This document shows positions 49,234 through 58,407 of a DNA stretch of 64,000 nt, piece by piece. The first letter of the stretch is position 1, and each line of letters starts with the position of its first letter. Position numbers and translations under genes: made by a program. The notes beneath the pieces were generated by a model. That model ran no database searches. It was not told the DNA's origin and was given only the letters and a program-made list of their open reading frames with translations. The DNA comes from Candidatus Poribacteria bacterium (lineage in GTDB: Bacteria > Poribacteria > WGA-4E > WGA-3G), in the NCBI GenBank assembly GCA_965242965.1, contig OZ251518.1, forward strand, positions 3,513,838 through 3,577,837, given 5' to 3'.

Positions 49234-50419
49234 CCGCGCATTTTTGGCCATTCGCAAAATCCGCTGCCAGTTCCCCTGGTGTTTCGCCAAAGGGAGAAAG
49301 TCGGTATTTTCCCATAAAAATCATAAACTCGCTATACGGCATGCATGCCAGCCGTGCGGCAAGTCCGCTGCTGAGTTCATGGGTTTTGTAGTATTTCAAT
49401 GCTAACATCTGACGAGTCTCTTTTTCACATTCACCCGGGTCTTTCTTGCGAGTCAGCAGGGCGGCGATGTCCTCTGGCAATTTGATGCCAATTTTCCGTT
49501 CAAAATGGCCAACGCTTTTGTAGGTGTCATGGAACGCGGCGATGATATCCAGCACCTTGAACTTGGCGGCACCCAGGTCTGCTTTTGCCTTGTCCCATTC
49601 GCGCAGCCGTAGCCACGCTTCGCCCCGGTAGTAATGCGCCTCAGCATACGCCGGGTTGAGTGTTATCGCCGTGTTGTAGTCCTGGATCGCGCGTTCGGTT
49701 TTCCCTTGGCGAAGGTAAGCCACACCGCGATTGTTGTAAGCAATCGGTTCATCCGGTGCCAAGGCTATTGCGCGATTATAGTCCGCGATGGCACGTTCGC
49801 GCTCACCTTTTCTATCATAGACAATGCCTCGATTGATATACGCCTCGGTGCAATCTGGTTTGAGCATGATTGCAGTGCTATATTCTGCAATAGCAACGTC
49901 AATCTCCTCTTTTTTACACAAAGCGATGCCGCGGTTGACATACGCCTCGGCAAGTTTGGGATCGAGTGCTATCGCCGTGTTATAGTCTTCAATGGCGACG
50001 GCCATCGCTGTCGGATAGGGAGTTTCGCTGCAACGGCTAGGGGCCGGGTTCATGCCTACTGGGACGTTATAGCGTTTGAGGATTGCGTCAACCTCGCCGT
50101 TTTTTTCGTAAGCGATGCCGCGATTGACGTAGGCTTCGGCAAACGTTGACTCTAATTCAATCGCCTTGCTCAACACTGTGATAGCCATGTCATGGGAGCC
50201 GCATTTGATGGAATCCAACCCCAAATTGTAGTAGGCGTTCACGTAATCCGGACGCAATTCGATCGCCTGCATAAAAGCACCGATTGCCAAACCGTGCTCG
50301 CCTTCTTCACTATAAGCGATACCGCGGGCGTTGTATGTTTCGGCTAATTCTGCCTCTTGCAGTGTGTCAAGTGCCGTGTCAGCAAAGCCGACAGGAACTG
50401 CGATGAACTCTAGCATCAC
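49205..50419 (-). CDS. TPR-repeat protein fused to a C-terminal UPF0175-like antitoxin domain
   Basis: About eight TPR repeats (AYxNRGxAYxxxGxxxxAIxDYNxAIxLxP), then C-terminal ETRQMLALKYYKTHELSSGLAARLACMPYSEFMIFMGKYRLSPF, characteristic of UPF0175. Confidence 0.7.
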   Translation of the reverse strand: MMLEFIAVPVGFADTALDTLQEAELAETYNARGIAYSEEGEHGLAIGAFMQAIELRPDYVNAYYNLGLDSIKCGSHDMAITVLSKAIELESTFAEAYVNRGIAYEKNGEVDAILKRYNVPVGMNPAPSRCSETPYPTAMAVAIEDYNTAIALDPKLAEAYVNRGIALCKKEEIDVAIAEYSTAIMLKPDCTEAYINRGIVYDRKGERERAIADYNRAIALAPDEPIAYNNRGVAYLRQGKTERAIQDYNTAITLNPAYAEAHYYRGEAWLRLREWDKAKADLGAAKFKVLDIIAAFHDTYKSVGHFERKIGIKLPEDIAALLTRKKDPGECEKETRQMLALKYYKTHELSSGLAARLACMPYSEFMIFMGKYRLSPFGETPGELAADFANGQKCADAHTSGNNQ

Positions 50420-50498
50420 TTTTTCTCCTTTACAAAGTTGATTGCGTCTGGGAATATAATAACGGATTAGCGGACAGAAGTCAAGCGAAATTCGCGAT

Positions 50499-50890
50499 TT
50501 GTCTGAGGGTATTTCATATCTCGATGGCTTCCCCGTAGGAGAGCCCTCCCGGTCTCGATGCGAGCGGTGTCCCCGTAACCGAGCTCTCCTGGTCTCGATG
50601 CAATTTGTCCTTGTCCCTCGCTATCGTCCGCGTAATCCAACGCTCGCGGGGGACAGGCCCCCGCGCTACGGTTGTCAAGGCCGCTTCCTTTCATCGTAGG
50701 GCGAGGGCCTGTCCCTCGCCATGCTTCGATCCACCGAACGCTCGCGGGGGACAGGCCCCCGCGCTACGGTAACGGGAGGGGTTCTTAGTCGAAAAACGCC
50801 GTCCTTTCCCGTAGGGCGAGGGCCTGTCCCTCGCCATGCTGCGGTCTACCGGACAGTCGCGGGGGACAGTCCCCCGCGCTACGGTACTGT
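50499..50890. repeat. repeat island (E, A x3, B pairs x3)
   Basis: CTGAGGGTATTTCATATCTCGATGGCTTCCCCGTAGGAGAGCCCTCCCGGTCTCGATG... then REP-like pairs. Confidence 0.85.
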
Positions 50891-52960
50891 GACATTAATG
50901 CCATAAAGCGCAGCCACCTCCCGTTCCAGCACAACCTCAAGCGCAGATACATCCGCCGCAAAATCCGCGCGTTTCGCAGACAGAATCGCATCAACTAACG
51001 CAACAACCGGTGCCTGCCGCGCCGGCGAAACATCTGGAATCGGCAGTTTCTTCCAATCATCCGGATAGAGGTGGATATTGCTCCGACGATTTGCCATTAA
51101 GAAATCACGCGCTACGTTTGAATTCATCACGCCGAGCAGGAACTTCACCGAGAATCGACGACTCGTTTTTTCCAATTCTTCGCGCCGCGGGAGTTCCGGA
51201 CGCTGAGGCTTTTCATCACGATAACGAGCCTTCTGTTTTATCGAGCGGTTCCGAACCCCTGCTAAATCGTGCCAAAGCACGAAGGACCAGGCTGATTGAT
51301 TATGACGGAGATGCTGAGCATCGTAGGATACCTTCAATTTCTCAACGCCAGCCGCCATGTCCGCCGAAATTAATCTTTCCGCAACTTCGTATAATTCGGG
51401 AAACGTTGTTGACGTGAATAAGGCAGGCGCGCGTTCTGTCCCCCACTCCAGCCATTTCTTTGTCGCGGGCAGCCAGCGCGCGAGATGTTTGCCTTCCACA
51501 AACGGTTTCGGGTGAGTTGCGTCTTGGATATCTGAAACCAAATCCCGCACGCCAAACGCGCCGCGCGCGTGCTTGTTCGCATGAACTACCATCCCAACAG
51601 AGATATAGCAGAGGGTTTCAAGCGTCACCGTTGGAACAGAAAACTGCTGAACCTCGGTATCTTCCGGAAAAAAGAGACGATAGGTGAGGTTCCGTTGTGC
51701 GTCGGTTGGCAATAGAGTAACGTTCCCAAATTCGGGCCCGTGCAGCCTGCGTTCCGGTTGATGCTCGCGCCCATCAACTCTCTGAAACAGATAGGTGATA
51801 TTCCGCACGGCGGCATCGAAGATTCGGATATCGCGGAAGAAGTCAAGGCGACATATCCGACTATTCTCCCGAAACCACTCCTGCGATTTCTGGGCATACT
51901 TCGCGTGACAATAGGCATCCGAAACGATGAATGTCGTGAAACCTCCCGGCTTGAGCAGTTTGTAGCTGCGCTCAATAAATGGAATGTAGAGATCCCACTT
52001 TCCGAAGAGGGTTTCATACTGCGCGCTATCCTTAATTGCCTGACGCAACGCCTGTTGCCCCGGTGCATCCGCTCTCACGTAAGGCGGATTACCAATCGTA
52101 ATATCAAATCCTGCCGAAATCCCAAACATCCATTCCGCATTGAAGAAATCAGCAGAGGCGTTCTGATTATACGGGTCCCACGCTGCCAACTCTTGCGCCG
52201 TGCCACTCGGTAAGCCTAAGTCAGCAAGCAACGCGCTTATCTCCGTGCGCAAACGTTTATCCTGCCGGCGATACCGCGCCTTCGTCCGAAGCGTGCGAGC
52301 CGTGAAATGACGACGACGCACCTCTGATAGCTCCCGCTCCTTCTCGCTGATGTCGGGGCTGCGGAGAGACAATTGTCCTTCAATGCCGAGCAGCGTGTTC
52401 GCCGCAACGAACTTCGTTTCCAAATTCGGCAACGGCCGCACACCGCGATTCGCCTGTGTTTCGTCTAGCCGCTGATCGACGATAAGCGAGATGAAGAAGC
52501 GCAGCTTGGCAATCTGCGTCGCAATCGGCTGGATGTCCACGCCGTAGATGCAGTTTTCTATCAGATAGAGTTTCCTGCCGTAGTCCAGTTCGTTCCGTTC
52601 AAACGCGTCGTTGATGCTCTCTATCTCGCTTTCAAGTTCGTGGAGCGTGTTTTCGCGGAACGTGCTGTCGTCAATCTGTTCGGCGGCGGCGATGGTGCGG
52701 CGCACCCTGTCTATCTGGCGTTGCCGCCACTGTGCATTGCCCGGGTCAAGTTTACCAAGCAGGAAGACGAGTTTGTGCAGGATGCCCATCGGGAAGGCAC
52801 CGGAGCCGCAGGCAGGATCGAGGATTTTGAGCGCGTCAATGGCGGTGATGAGGCACTCGGTTTCTGCTTCGGTGAACCGATGCGGTTCATCGGTATAGGC
52901 GAGGAGGTGGCGCAGGGCTGCGTCCAAATCGGTGGACTTTACCCCCCCCCTTCGCGTCAC
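50879..52960 (-). CDS. MmeI-like Type IIG restriction-modification enzyme, C-terminal part (gamma-class N6-adenine methyltransferase motifs I and IV plus target-recognition region); frameshifted from the upstream ORF
   Basis: ILDPACGSGAFPMGIL (motif I) and ITIGNPPYVRAD (motif IV). The ORF begins with GTG inside a G9 run; it is out of frame by 1 nt with 52887..54515. Confidence 0.7.
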   Translation of the reverse strand: MTRRGGVKSTDLDAALRHLLAYTDEPHRFTEAETECLITAIDALKILDPACGSGAFPMGILHKLVFLLGKLDPGNAQWRQRQIDRVRRTIAAAEQIDDSTFRENTLHELESEIESINDAFERNELDYGRKLYLIENCIYGVDIQPIATQIAKLRFFISLIVDQRLDETQANRGVRPLPNLETKFVAANTLLGIEGQLSLRSPDISEKERELSEVRRRHFTARTLRTKARYRRQDKRLRTEISALLADLGLPSGTAQELAAWDPYNQNASADFFNAEWMFGISAGFDITIGNPPYVRADAPGQQALRQAIKDSAQYETLFGKWDLYIPFIERSYKLLKPGGFTTFIVSDAYCHAKYAQKSQEWFRENSRICRLDFFRDIRIFDAAVRNITYLFQRVDGREHQPERRLHGPEFGNVTLLPTDAQRNLTYRLFFPEDTEVQQFSVPTVTLETLCYISVGMVVHANKHARGAFGVRDLVSDIQDATHPKPFVEGKHLARWLPATKKWLEWGTERAPALFTSTTFPELYEVAERLISADMAAGVEKLKVSYDAQHLRHNQSAWSFVLWHDLAGVRNRSIKQKARYRDEKPQRPELPRREELEKTSRRFSVKFLLGVMNSNVARDFLMANRRSNIHLYPDDWKKLPIPDVSPARQAPVVALVDAILSAKRADFAADVSALEVVLEREVAALYGINVTVP

Positions 52961-54515
52961 AGATGTTAACTCTTAAGGCGTTTTTCAGATAGGCGATGAG
53001 GGATTCATTTACCATGTAATTGACGATGTCGCGCGGCGTGTAAAACGAGCCGGTCTGCTTGCGTGCGGTTATCCCCGTTTCGGGGTTAGAGGCGGCGAGG
53101 AGGTTTTCAAAGACGCGCCCGAGCAACTCGGGGTCCAACGCAACTTCCTCCTCGATGGGCGTATTCTCGGATATCGTGAACTTATAGCGGTTGAGAATGT
53201 GAATGATGCCGCGCACGGTATAGCGTCGGTTTCTCGTGCCGTAAACGGCGTTGAGATCTACGGTGTGTTCTTCGGCGAAGAAGAGTTCGTTGGGGACGCG
53301 CAGTGGGTTGTCGTCCCTGTCAGAAAAGCCTTCTACCCGTAAGATGCGTTGCGGCTGTTCAGCATCGGGTTTATCCAAACACTCAAACAGGCCGCCATTG
53401 AGGAACGGAATTGTCTCAAAGAGGCGGCGTGCTTCTTCGGGTTCCCGAAAATAGCGTTTGTATCGGTAAAGCGAGGTGATGTTATAGTGCTGTTGTCCAT
53501 CGCCACGGAACTGGCGGCGGTTTGGATGTTCCGGGGTGTTCATCTCCTGATTGAGCGTCGCGAAAAAGAGGTTTTGGAGGATGGCTTTGTAGTAGGAGGA
53601 ATCGAGCCCGGCGTTCTCGCCTACGGGGGAGATGAGCAGTCTGTTTATCTCCTTTTCATCAAAGAGCGCGTCTGGGACGAGCCCTTTCTCCTTGAGAAAC
53701 CAGACGAAGATAAGCCGCGTAATGAGCCGGATGACGCACGTAGCATTGCGCCCGGCAACGTCTTCGCCGGCATCGGCGGGGAAGGTGACGTTGTCCACAG
53801 CCCAGAAATACCAATCGGCGAGTTCCCGGAAGAAGCGTTTGTTGAGCGCGGCACTATCCAGCGTCTTCTGCCACGCTTGATGCAATTCAAGGAAATTGGT
53901 GAACTGATGGGCTCGGTGAAGTTCGCCGAGGGATAAGTCCGCCAGAATGTCCACGTGTGCGCGGTGCGGGTTGACGATGTCAATATCCTTGATGAGACTG
54001 ACTTTTTCGAGGACATCCCGTTCTCCCTCACGCTGGCTAGGACGGCGATGGATGAGGGAGAAAGTGAGCGTCTGTCCATGCTGAAAGAGGAGCATCGCGG
54101 GCATGGCGAACACTTTGTTGATTTCGCGGGTGATGTTGGCGAGCGCGGTGCGAGTGTAGACAGTCCCCCGCAGTTTGACAGCGAGGAAGAGATAGGCACG
54201 GTAGATGTCTGGGTTGAATCCGTCCTGTGCCGCGAAGGTTATGGTGCCTTGGGACTGCTGCGCGATTTCGTCTTCGGTGAGTTGGAAGAGAAAGTCGCAG
54301 GTATCCCATTCTGACAGTAACGCCTTTTCAGGGTTGAGCGTCCAACGCGCGAGGAATCCCTCGGCGGTGTTGGGTTCAATGGTAAGCGTTCTGTCGCTAT
54401 CATAACCTAACACGCCGAGGAGATGACGCGCGTTATCGGCGAGGGAACCGGATGTGAACCGACTAAGTGCCGCTTGAATCTGGGCTTTGTGGGATGCGTC
54501 GTTCATAAGTTGCAT
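52887..54515 (-). CDS. MmeI-like Type IIG restriction-modification enzyme, N-terminal part (nuclease-like region, helical linker and methyltransferase motif X)
   Basis: LDPELLGRVFENLLAASNPETGITARKQTGSFYTPRDIVNYMV (motif X of gamma-class MTases; compare MmeI ...FGSLFQSIM...GAHYTSEANILKLI). The helix VIRLITRLIFVWFLKEKGL resembles MmeI LYLVRLLFCLFAED. No motif I/IV in this fragment; they continue in the next ORF. Confidence 0.7.
   Translation of the reverse strand: MQLMNDASHKAQIQAALSRFTSGSLADNARHLLGVLGYDSDRTLTIEPNTAEGFLARWTLNPEKALLSEWDTCDFLFQLTEDEIAQQSQGTITFAAQDGFNPDIYRAYLFLAVKLRGTVYTRTALANITREINKVFAMPAMLLFQHGQTLTFSLIHRRPSQREGERDVLEKVSLIKDIDIVNPHRAHVDILADLSLGELHRAHQFTNFLELHQAWQKTLDSAALNKRFFRELADWYFWAVDNVTFPADAGEDVAGRNATCVIRLITRLIFVWFLKEKGLVPDALFDEKEINRLLISPVGENAGLDSSYYKAILQNLFFATLNQEMNTPEHPNRRQFRGDGQQHYNITSLYRYKRYFREPEEARRLFETIPFLNGGLFECLDKPDAEQPQRILRVEGFSDRDDNPLRVPNELFFAEEHTVDLNAVYGTRNRRYTVRGIIHILNRYKFTISENTPIEEEVALDPELLGRVFENLLAASNPETGITARKQTGSFYTPRDIVNYMVNESLIAYLKNALRVNICDAKGGGKVHRFGRSPAPPPRLYR
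52942..52950 (-). other. G9 (plus-strand C9) homopolymeric tract inside the RM gene, candidate slipped-strand phase-variation switch
   Basis: ACCCCCCCCCTTCGCG seen directly. Removal of one G fuses ...NICDAKGG to VKSTDLDAALRHLL... giving a ~1215-aa protein. Confidence 0.6.
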
Positions 54516-55512
54516 TCAGAAAATCGACTAATTCCGCGAAGTTATCGAAGATGCGTTCGCAGAGGTTTTCAAAAAAAATGCTCCGTTCGCCGCTGTAAAC
54601 AGCGTAGACAGGCTTGTTATAGCGAGAGGCATAGTTCATCTCACTCAGCACGCCGGGCGACAACTTGTCCGTAGGATAGATAACCACCACGAAATCACTC
54701 TGATGGAGAAACTGATAATCACGGGAGATAGTGCGGGTTTTGATTTGTTGAATGACGTTCTCGTCGATTGTCGGGATGCGGCGGTCCAACCCTATCGTCG
54801 AAGATTGGCTTTCCCGGACGAGTGCCATGTCCTTAATCGAAAGCGGATCAAAGACAATAAATGCCTCTCGCAGTTTTGCGCCGAGTGCACGAATCTCCTC
54901 AATTTCCGCCGGTGTCTCCCGCAAAATCGTGATGGGATAGCTGAGATACAGCGACGGTTTTGAAGAGAAAATCAGTTCATAAAAGTTATCAAGCGGATGC
55001 TGGCGCGCGACGGTGTAGTGGGATTTCTGATAGAGATTCGCGAGCTGCTTCGTCAGGAATTCCTCCTCGTCAATCCAGACGTTGAGCGTATCGTGCCCGA
55101 CGTTGCTCCACTGCGGGTTGTTCGCCATCCGGTTGGAGATGTCGGCGATGTTGTCAACGACGTTAATAAAAAGGTCTGGCGGGAAGCACTCGATCTCCTT
55201 AAACGAGATGCCTTCCAGCAGTGTGCCGCGCCAGCGGAAGCAGGCGTGCAAACCGATAACGGCGTGCTCGTAGTCGTCGGCGCGTTTGGCGATTTCATAA
55301 AAGGCAGCGCGACGCGCAAGGGATAAGACAGCCGGATCCGAATCCAGCACCTTTTCCGTGAAACGGATGCCGGATGCAGCGGCGGCGTTGTGCATGAAAT
55401 CGCCGACGTTAAAGAAGCCGATGTCTATCTCTTTTTGGTGACAGAGTGCCTCGAAATCGGCGATGAGTTCCTTGCGGCCGGCGCAGCTGATGCCGGTGCA
55501 GATGATGTTCAT
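54463..55512 (-). CDS. hypothetical two-domain protein: N-terminal P-loop-like region plus C-terminal nucleoside 2-deoxyribosyltransferase-like (Rossmann) domain
   Basis: Start set at ATG 55512 (MNIICTGISCAGRKE...); the longer ORF begins in a repeat island. C-terminus SLYLSYP...SDFVVVIYPTDKLSPGVLSEMNYASRYNKPVYAV fits the YLAGP...D.VVA.LDG...GT.FE.GYA.A.GKPV pattern of PF05014-like folds. Inference from motifs only. Confidence 0.5.
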   Translation of the reverse strand: MNIICTGISCAGRKELIADFEALCHQKEIDIGFFNVGDFMHNAAAASGIRFTEKVLDSDPAVLSLARRAAFYEIAKRADDYEHAVIGLHACFRWRGTLLEGISFKEIECFPPDLFINVVDNIADISNRMANNPQWSNVGHDTLNVWIDEEEFLTKQLANLYQKSHYTVARQHPLDNFYELIFSSKPSLYLSYPITILRETPAEIEEIRALGAKLREAFIVFDPLSIKDMALVRESQSSTIGLDRRIPTIDENVIQQIKTRTISRDYQFLHQSDFVVVIYPTDKLSPGVLSEMNYASRYNKPVYAVYSGERSIFFENLCERIFDNFAELVDFLNATYERRIPQSPDSSGT

Positions 55513-55529
55513 ATTTATGTTCCAATAAT

Positions 55530-55745
55530 GGCGAGGGACAGGCAGGCATTGGGCCCACCTCTGTAGTTCGGGAGCGCCCGATCCCGAACGGGTCAAGATC
55601 GCTTGGCAAACATGCCAGAGCTTCAGACGATCTTGACCTACAGGGGTGAGGCGTTCTGAACACCAAAACGCATGGCGAGGGACAGGCCCTCGCCCTACGA
55701 TAGAGAAGATGTCTCCGGTAGGAGAGACCTCCTGGTCTCGATGCC
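55530..55745. repeat. repeat island (B half, D palindrome, B, A)
   Basis: GGCGAGGGACAGGCAGGC..., CTCTGTAGTTCGGGAGCGCCCGATCCCGAACGGGTCAAGATCG...GATCTTGACCTACAGGGGTG, GGCGAGGGACAGGCCCTCGCCCTACG, CCGGTAGGAGAGACCTCCTGGTCTCGATG. Confidence 0.85.
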
Positions 55746-55757
55746 TCGATGCCTCCC

Positions 55758-56543
55758 TCACGAAGATAACCGGGCCAATGCCGCCTGCTCCTCTTTTTGC
55801 CATGGACGGTGCGCCGGTGTCTCCAATTTCTTCGGCGGACCGCCGAAGACGAGGATGTATGCACGCCGTTCTCGCGCGGTGCTATTCGGCGCGGCGTAAT
55901 GTAACGTGCGGCAGTGATGGAACGTCGCACCACCCGCGGGAATCGGGCATGCGACTGCCTCGGACGTATCCACATCGTCCGTGACTAAGCCGTGAACGAG
56001 CGGGTCATTGTCAATATGCCGATGCCACCGAACCTCACCTTTGTGGGATTTCGGAATGAATTGGAGGCACCCGCTCTCCACCGTCGCCGTGTCAAGCGGC
56101 AGCCAGACGCTGAGGCTGTGCGGCAAGACTTCGGGATTCCAATACGCTTCGTCTTGATGCCACGGGGTTTCATTGCCGTAATGCGCAGGCTTCAAGATCA
56201 TGTGTCCACCACCGCTAACCTTTTCCGAGTCTACGCTGAGTAGCGTGGCGGCGAGTCGGTGCGCGTTTTGGAAGTAAATCGTCTCGCGGAGCACTGGGAA
56301 TTGCGCCTCCGGTCCGAGCACTTGCGGCAACGTTTCGCGTCCCTTGTGTGCACGCGGACCGGCGAGATCGAAGTAGCGTCCCTCCGCCTCGCCGGTGCGT
56401 TCCGTGAAAAGTTCATCGTAGATGCCCTTTAGGAATTCGACCTCTTCATCTGTCGTGATGCGAGGGATGCTGAGGTAGCCGTTCGCTTGGAAAAAGGCGA
56501 TTTGTTCGTCGGTCACTTCAGCGTGGAAGTTGTTAGATTTCAT
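55758..56543 (-). CDS. phytanoyl-CoA dioxygenase (PhyH) family oxygenase
   Basis: WHQDEAYW...H...H pattern; ~260 aa. Confidence 0.75.
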   Translation of the reverse strand: MKSNNFHAEVTDEQIAFFQANGYLSIPRITTDEEVEFLKGIYDELFTERTGEAEGRYFDLAGPRAHKGRETLPQVLGPEAQFPVLRETIYFQNAHRLAATLLSVDSEKVSGGGHMILKPAHYGNETPWHQDEAYWNPEVLPHSLSVWLPLDTATVESGCLQFIPKSHKGEVRWHRHIDNDPLVHGLVTDDVDTSEAVACPIPAGGATFHHCRTLHYAAPNSTARERRAYILVFGGPPKKLETPAHRPWQKEEQAALARLSS

Positions 56544-56547
56544 AAAT

Positions 56548-58326
56548 TCACCGAATTACAATATCATAAGGTAAAATAGTGATAACCTGCTCGTTTTTGA
56601 ACAGATTCAGCATCACGGAAATATAGTGCCACTGCGCTTGCATCGCGGGGAATGGGAGATACGCGGGCAGCGACATTTTCGCCCCCGGCACTTCTATCAT
56701 GTTCTCTAACATCCGTTCAAAGAAGGTGCGCGGTTTCGGCAGGACGATGAGCTGCGGCTCAGATTCCACGTTGAAACCACCCTGTTCTTTGGCGATAGCG
56801 AGTGCCTTCTCCAATCCGCCGAGTTCATCGACGAGCCCGAGCTCTTTCGCCTGCTTACCTGTCCAGACTCTCCCCTGCGCGATGGCATCGATTTCGGCGT
56901 AAGACTTGTCTCGTCCTTCTGCCGCTTTACGAACGAAGTCTTGGTAGACGGTTTTCATCAACTTTTCGACGCGTTCGCGTTCTGTCGGGGTAAAGCCGCC
57001 GTAATCAGAGTAAAGCGTGGCGTTTGTGCCGTGCGCGATGATCTCCTTTGTCAACCCGACTTTGTTATAGAGCCCTTTCATGTTGAGTTTGCCGCCCAGA
57101 ACGCCGATGGAGCCGGTGAGCGTACCGGGTTGCGCCACGATGGTGCCAGCGGCCATGGCGATATAGTAACCCCCAGAGGCGGCGATATCGGACATGGAGA
57201 CGATGACAGGTTTTGCGTTCTGTGTTCGGACAACCTCGCGCCAGATGAGGTCGGAGGCGAGGGCGGAGCCGCCGGGACTATCCACGCGCAGCACAACGGC
57301 GTGCACCAACTTATCCTCGCGCGCCTTTTCAAACGCTTCCCGCAATTCTCTCGGTGTAATCGCGGCGGAAGTGGCGAAGATGTCATCGACACCTGTCATA
57401 ATCGGGCCGCTTGCGTAGATGAGCGCGATTTTCGGTTCTTCGGTTTTCGGTTGGGCGCGCTGCGCGGTGTTTAACATGGAGAACAGCTGCATGATGCCTG
57501 CGAAGCTGCTCATATCTGGTGCGCGCCGTTTCCGTTCCCTGTCTGGCTTGTGGACATGGACGGTTTCATGGGTTTTGAGTTCGGCGAGGAATTCGTCATA
57601 ATAGTGCAATACGTCAACGAGGTTCGCCTCGCGCGCTTCTTCGGCAGTGAAAGGCCCTTGATTTATCAGCATCGCGACGGTTTCCGAGTCCATGCTGTCG
57701 CGTCCCGCCGCGACTAGAACGCAAAGTTGTCCGTAAAGTGCGTCAAGGAGCGTCGTCATTGATTCGCGGAAGGCATCGGACATGCCATCGCGCGTGTAAG
57801 GTTCGATGCCGGATTTGTATTTTCCCATCGCCAGCATATCGGCGTGGATGTCCAACTTCTCCAGCAATCCTTTGAAGAAGAGGATTTCGGCGCGCAGCCC
57901 TGTGAGAGTGAGGCTTCCGGTGGGCATCAAGACGACGCGCTTCGCCGCCGCGGCGAGGACATATTCGGCAGTGCCACCACTTTCTAGATAAGCAACGGTA
58001 TCCTTCCCTGCATCGCGAAGTTCGAGCAGTTTATTTTGAATCTCCTGCAGTTTCGCCCATCCGATGCTGACATTTCTGATTTTGAAGATAATGCCAGTGA
58101 GTTCATCGTCGCCTCGGAACCCATCAAGTTTTTTGAGGAGCCCGTGGAGGGTTTCGGTTGATGCATTTCCGCCGAATACGCTGGCGAATTTGACATCGGG
58201 ATAGGAGCCGCTCAGCGTGAGTTCGACGTAGTTCTTCGCGGGCGGCGGTGTCTCCTCGGCGTGCTCTTCGGCGAACGCGGGCGAGACGATGAGGAGGAAC
58301 GCGATAAGTATGTATAACGATTTCAT
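56548..58326 (-). CDS. sppA: signal peptide peptidase SppA (protease IV, 67K type, two S49 domains)
   Basis: Two ClpP/crotonase-like S49 units (…SPGGSALASDLIWREV… SMSDIAASGGYYIAMAA…). Start set at ATG 58326 (MKSLYILIAFLLIV signal/TM) with GGAGA 5 nt upstream. Confidence 0.85.
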   Translation of the reverse strand: MKSLYILIAFLLIVSPAFAEEHAEETPPPAKNYVELTLSGSYPDVKFASVFGGNASTETLHGLLKKLDGFRGDDELTGIIFKIRNVSIGWAKLQEIQNKLLELRDAGKDTVAYLESGGTAEYVLAAAAKRVVLMPTGSLTLTGLRAEILFFKGLLEKLDIHADMLAMGKYKSGIEPYTRDGMSDAFRESMTTLLDALYGQLCVLVAAGRDSMDSETVAMLINQGPFTAEEAREANLVDVLHYYDEFLAELKTHETVHVHKPDRERKRRAPDMSSFAGIMQLFSMLNTAQRAQPKTEEPKIALIYASGPIMTGVDDIFATSAAITPRELREAFEKAREDKLVHAVVLRVDSPGGSALASDLIWREVVRTQNAKPVIVSMSDIAASGGYYIAMAAGTIVAQPGTLTGSIGVLGGKLNMKGLYNKVGLTKEIIAHGTNATLYSDYGGFTPTERERVEKLMKTVYQDFVRKAAEGRDKSYAEIDAIAQGRVWTGKQAKELGLVDELGGLEKALAIAKEQGGFNVESEPQLIVLPKPRTFFERMLENMIEVPGAKMSLPAYLPFPAMQAQWHYISVMLNLFKNEQVITILPYDIVIR

Positions 58327-58407
58327 TGTTTTCTCCGTGATTGTTTTGATATTTTTATTATAGCATGCAGGTGGGTTTTGTGTCAAAGATTAAATGATGC
58401 TAGTTAA

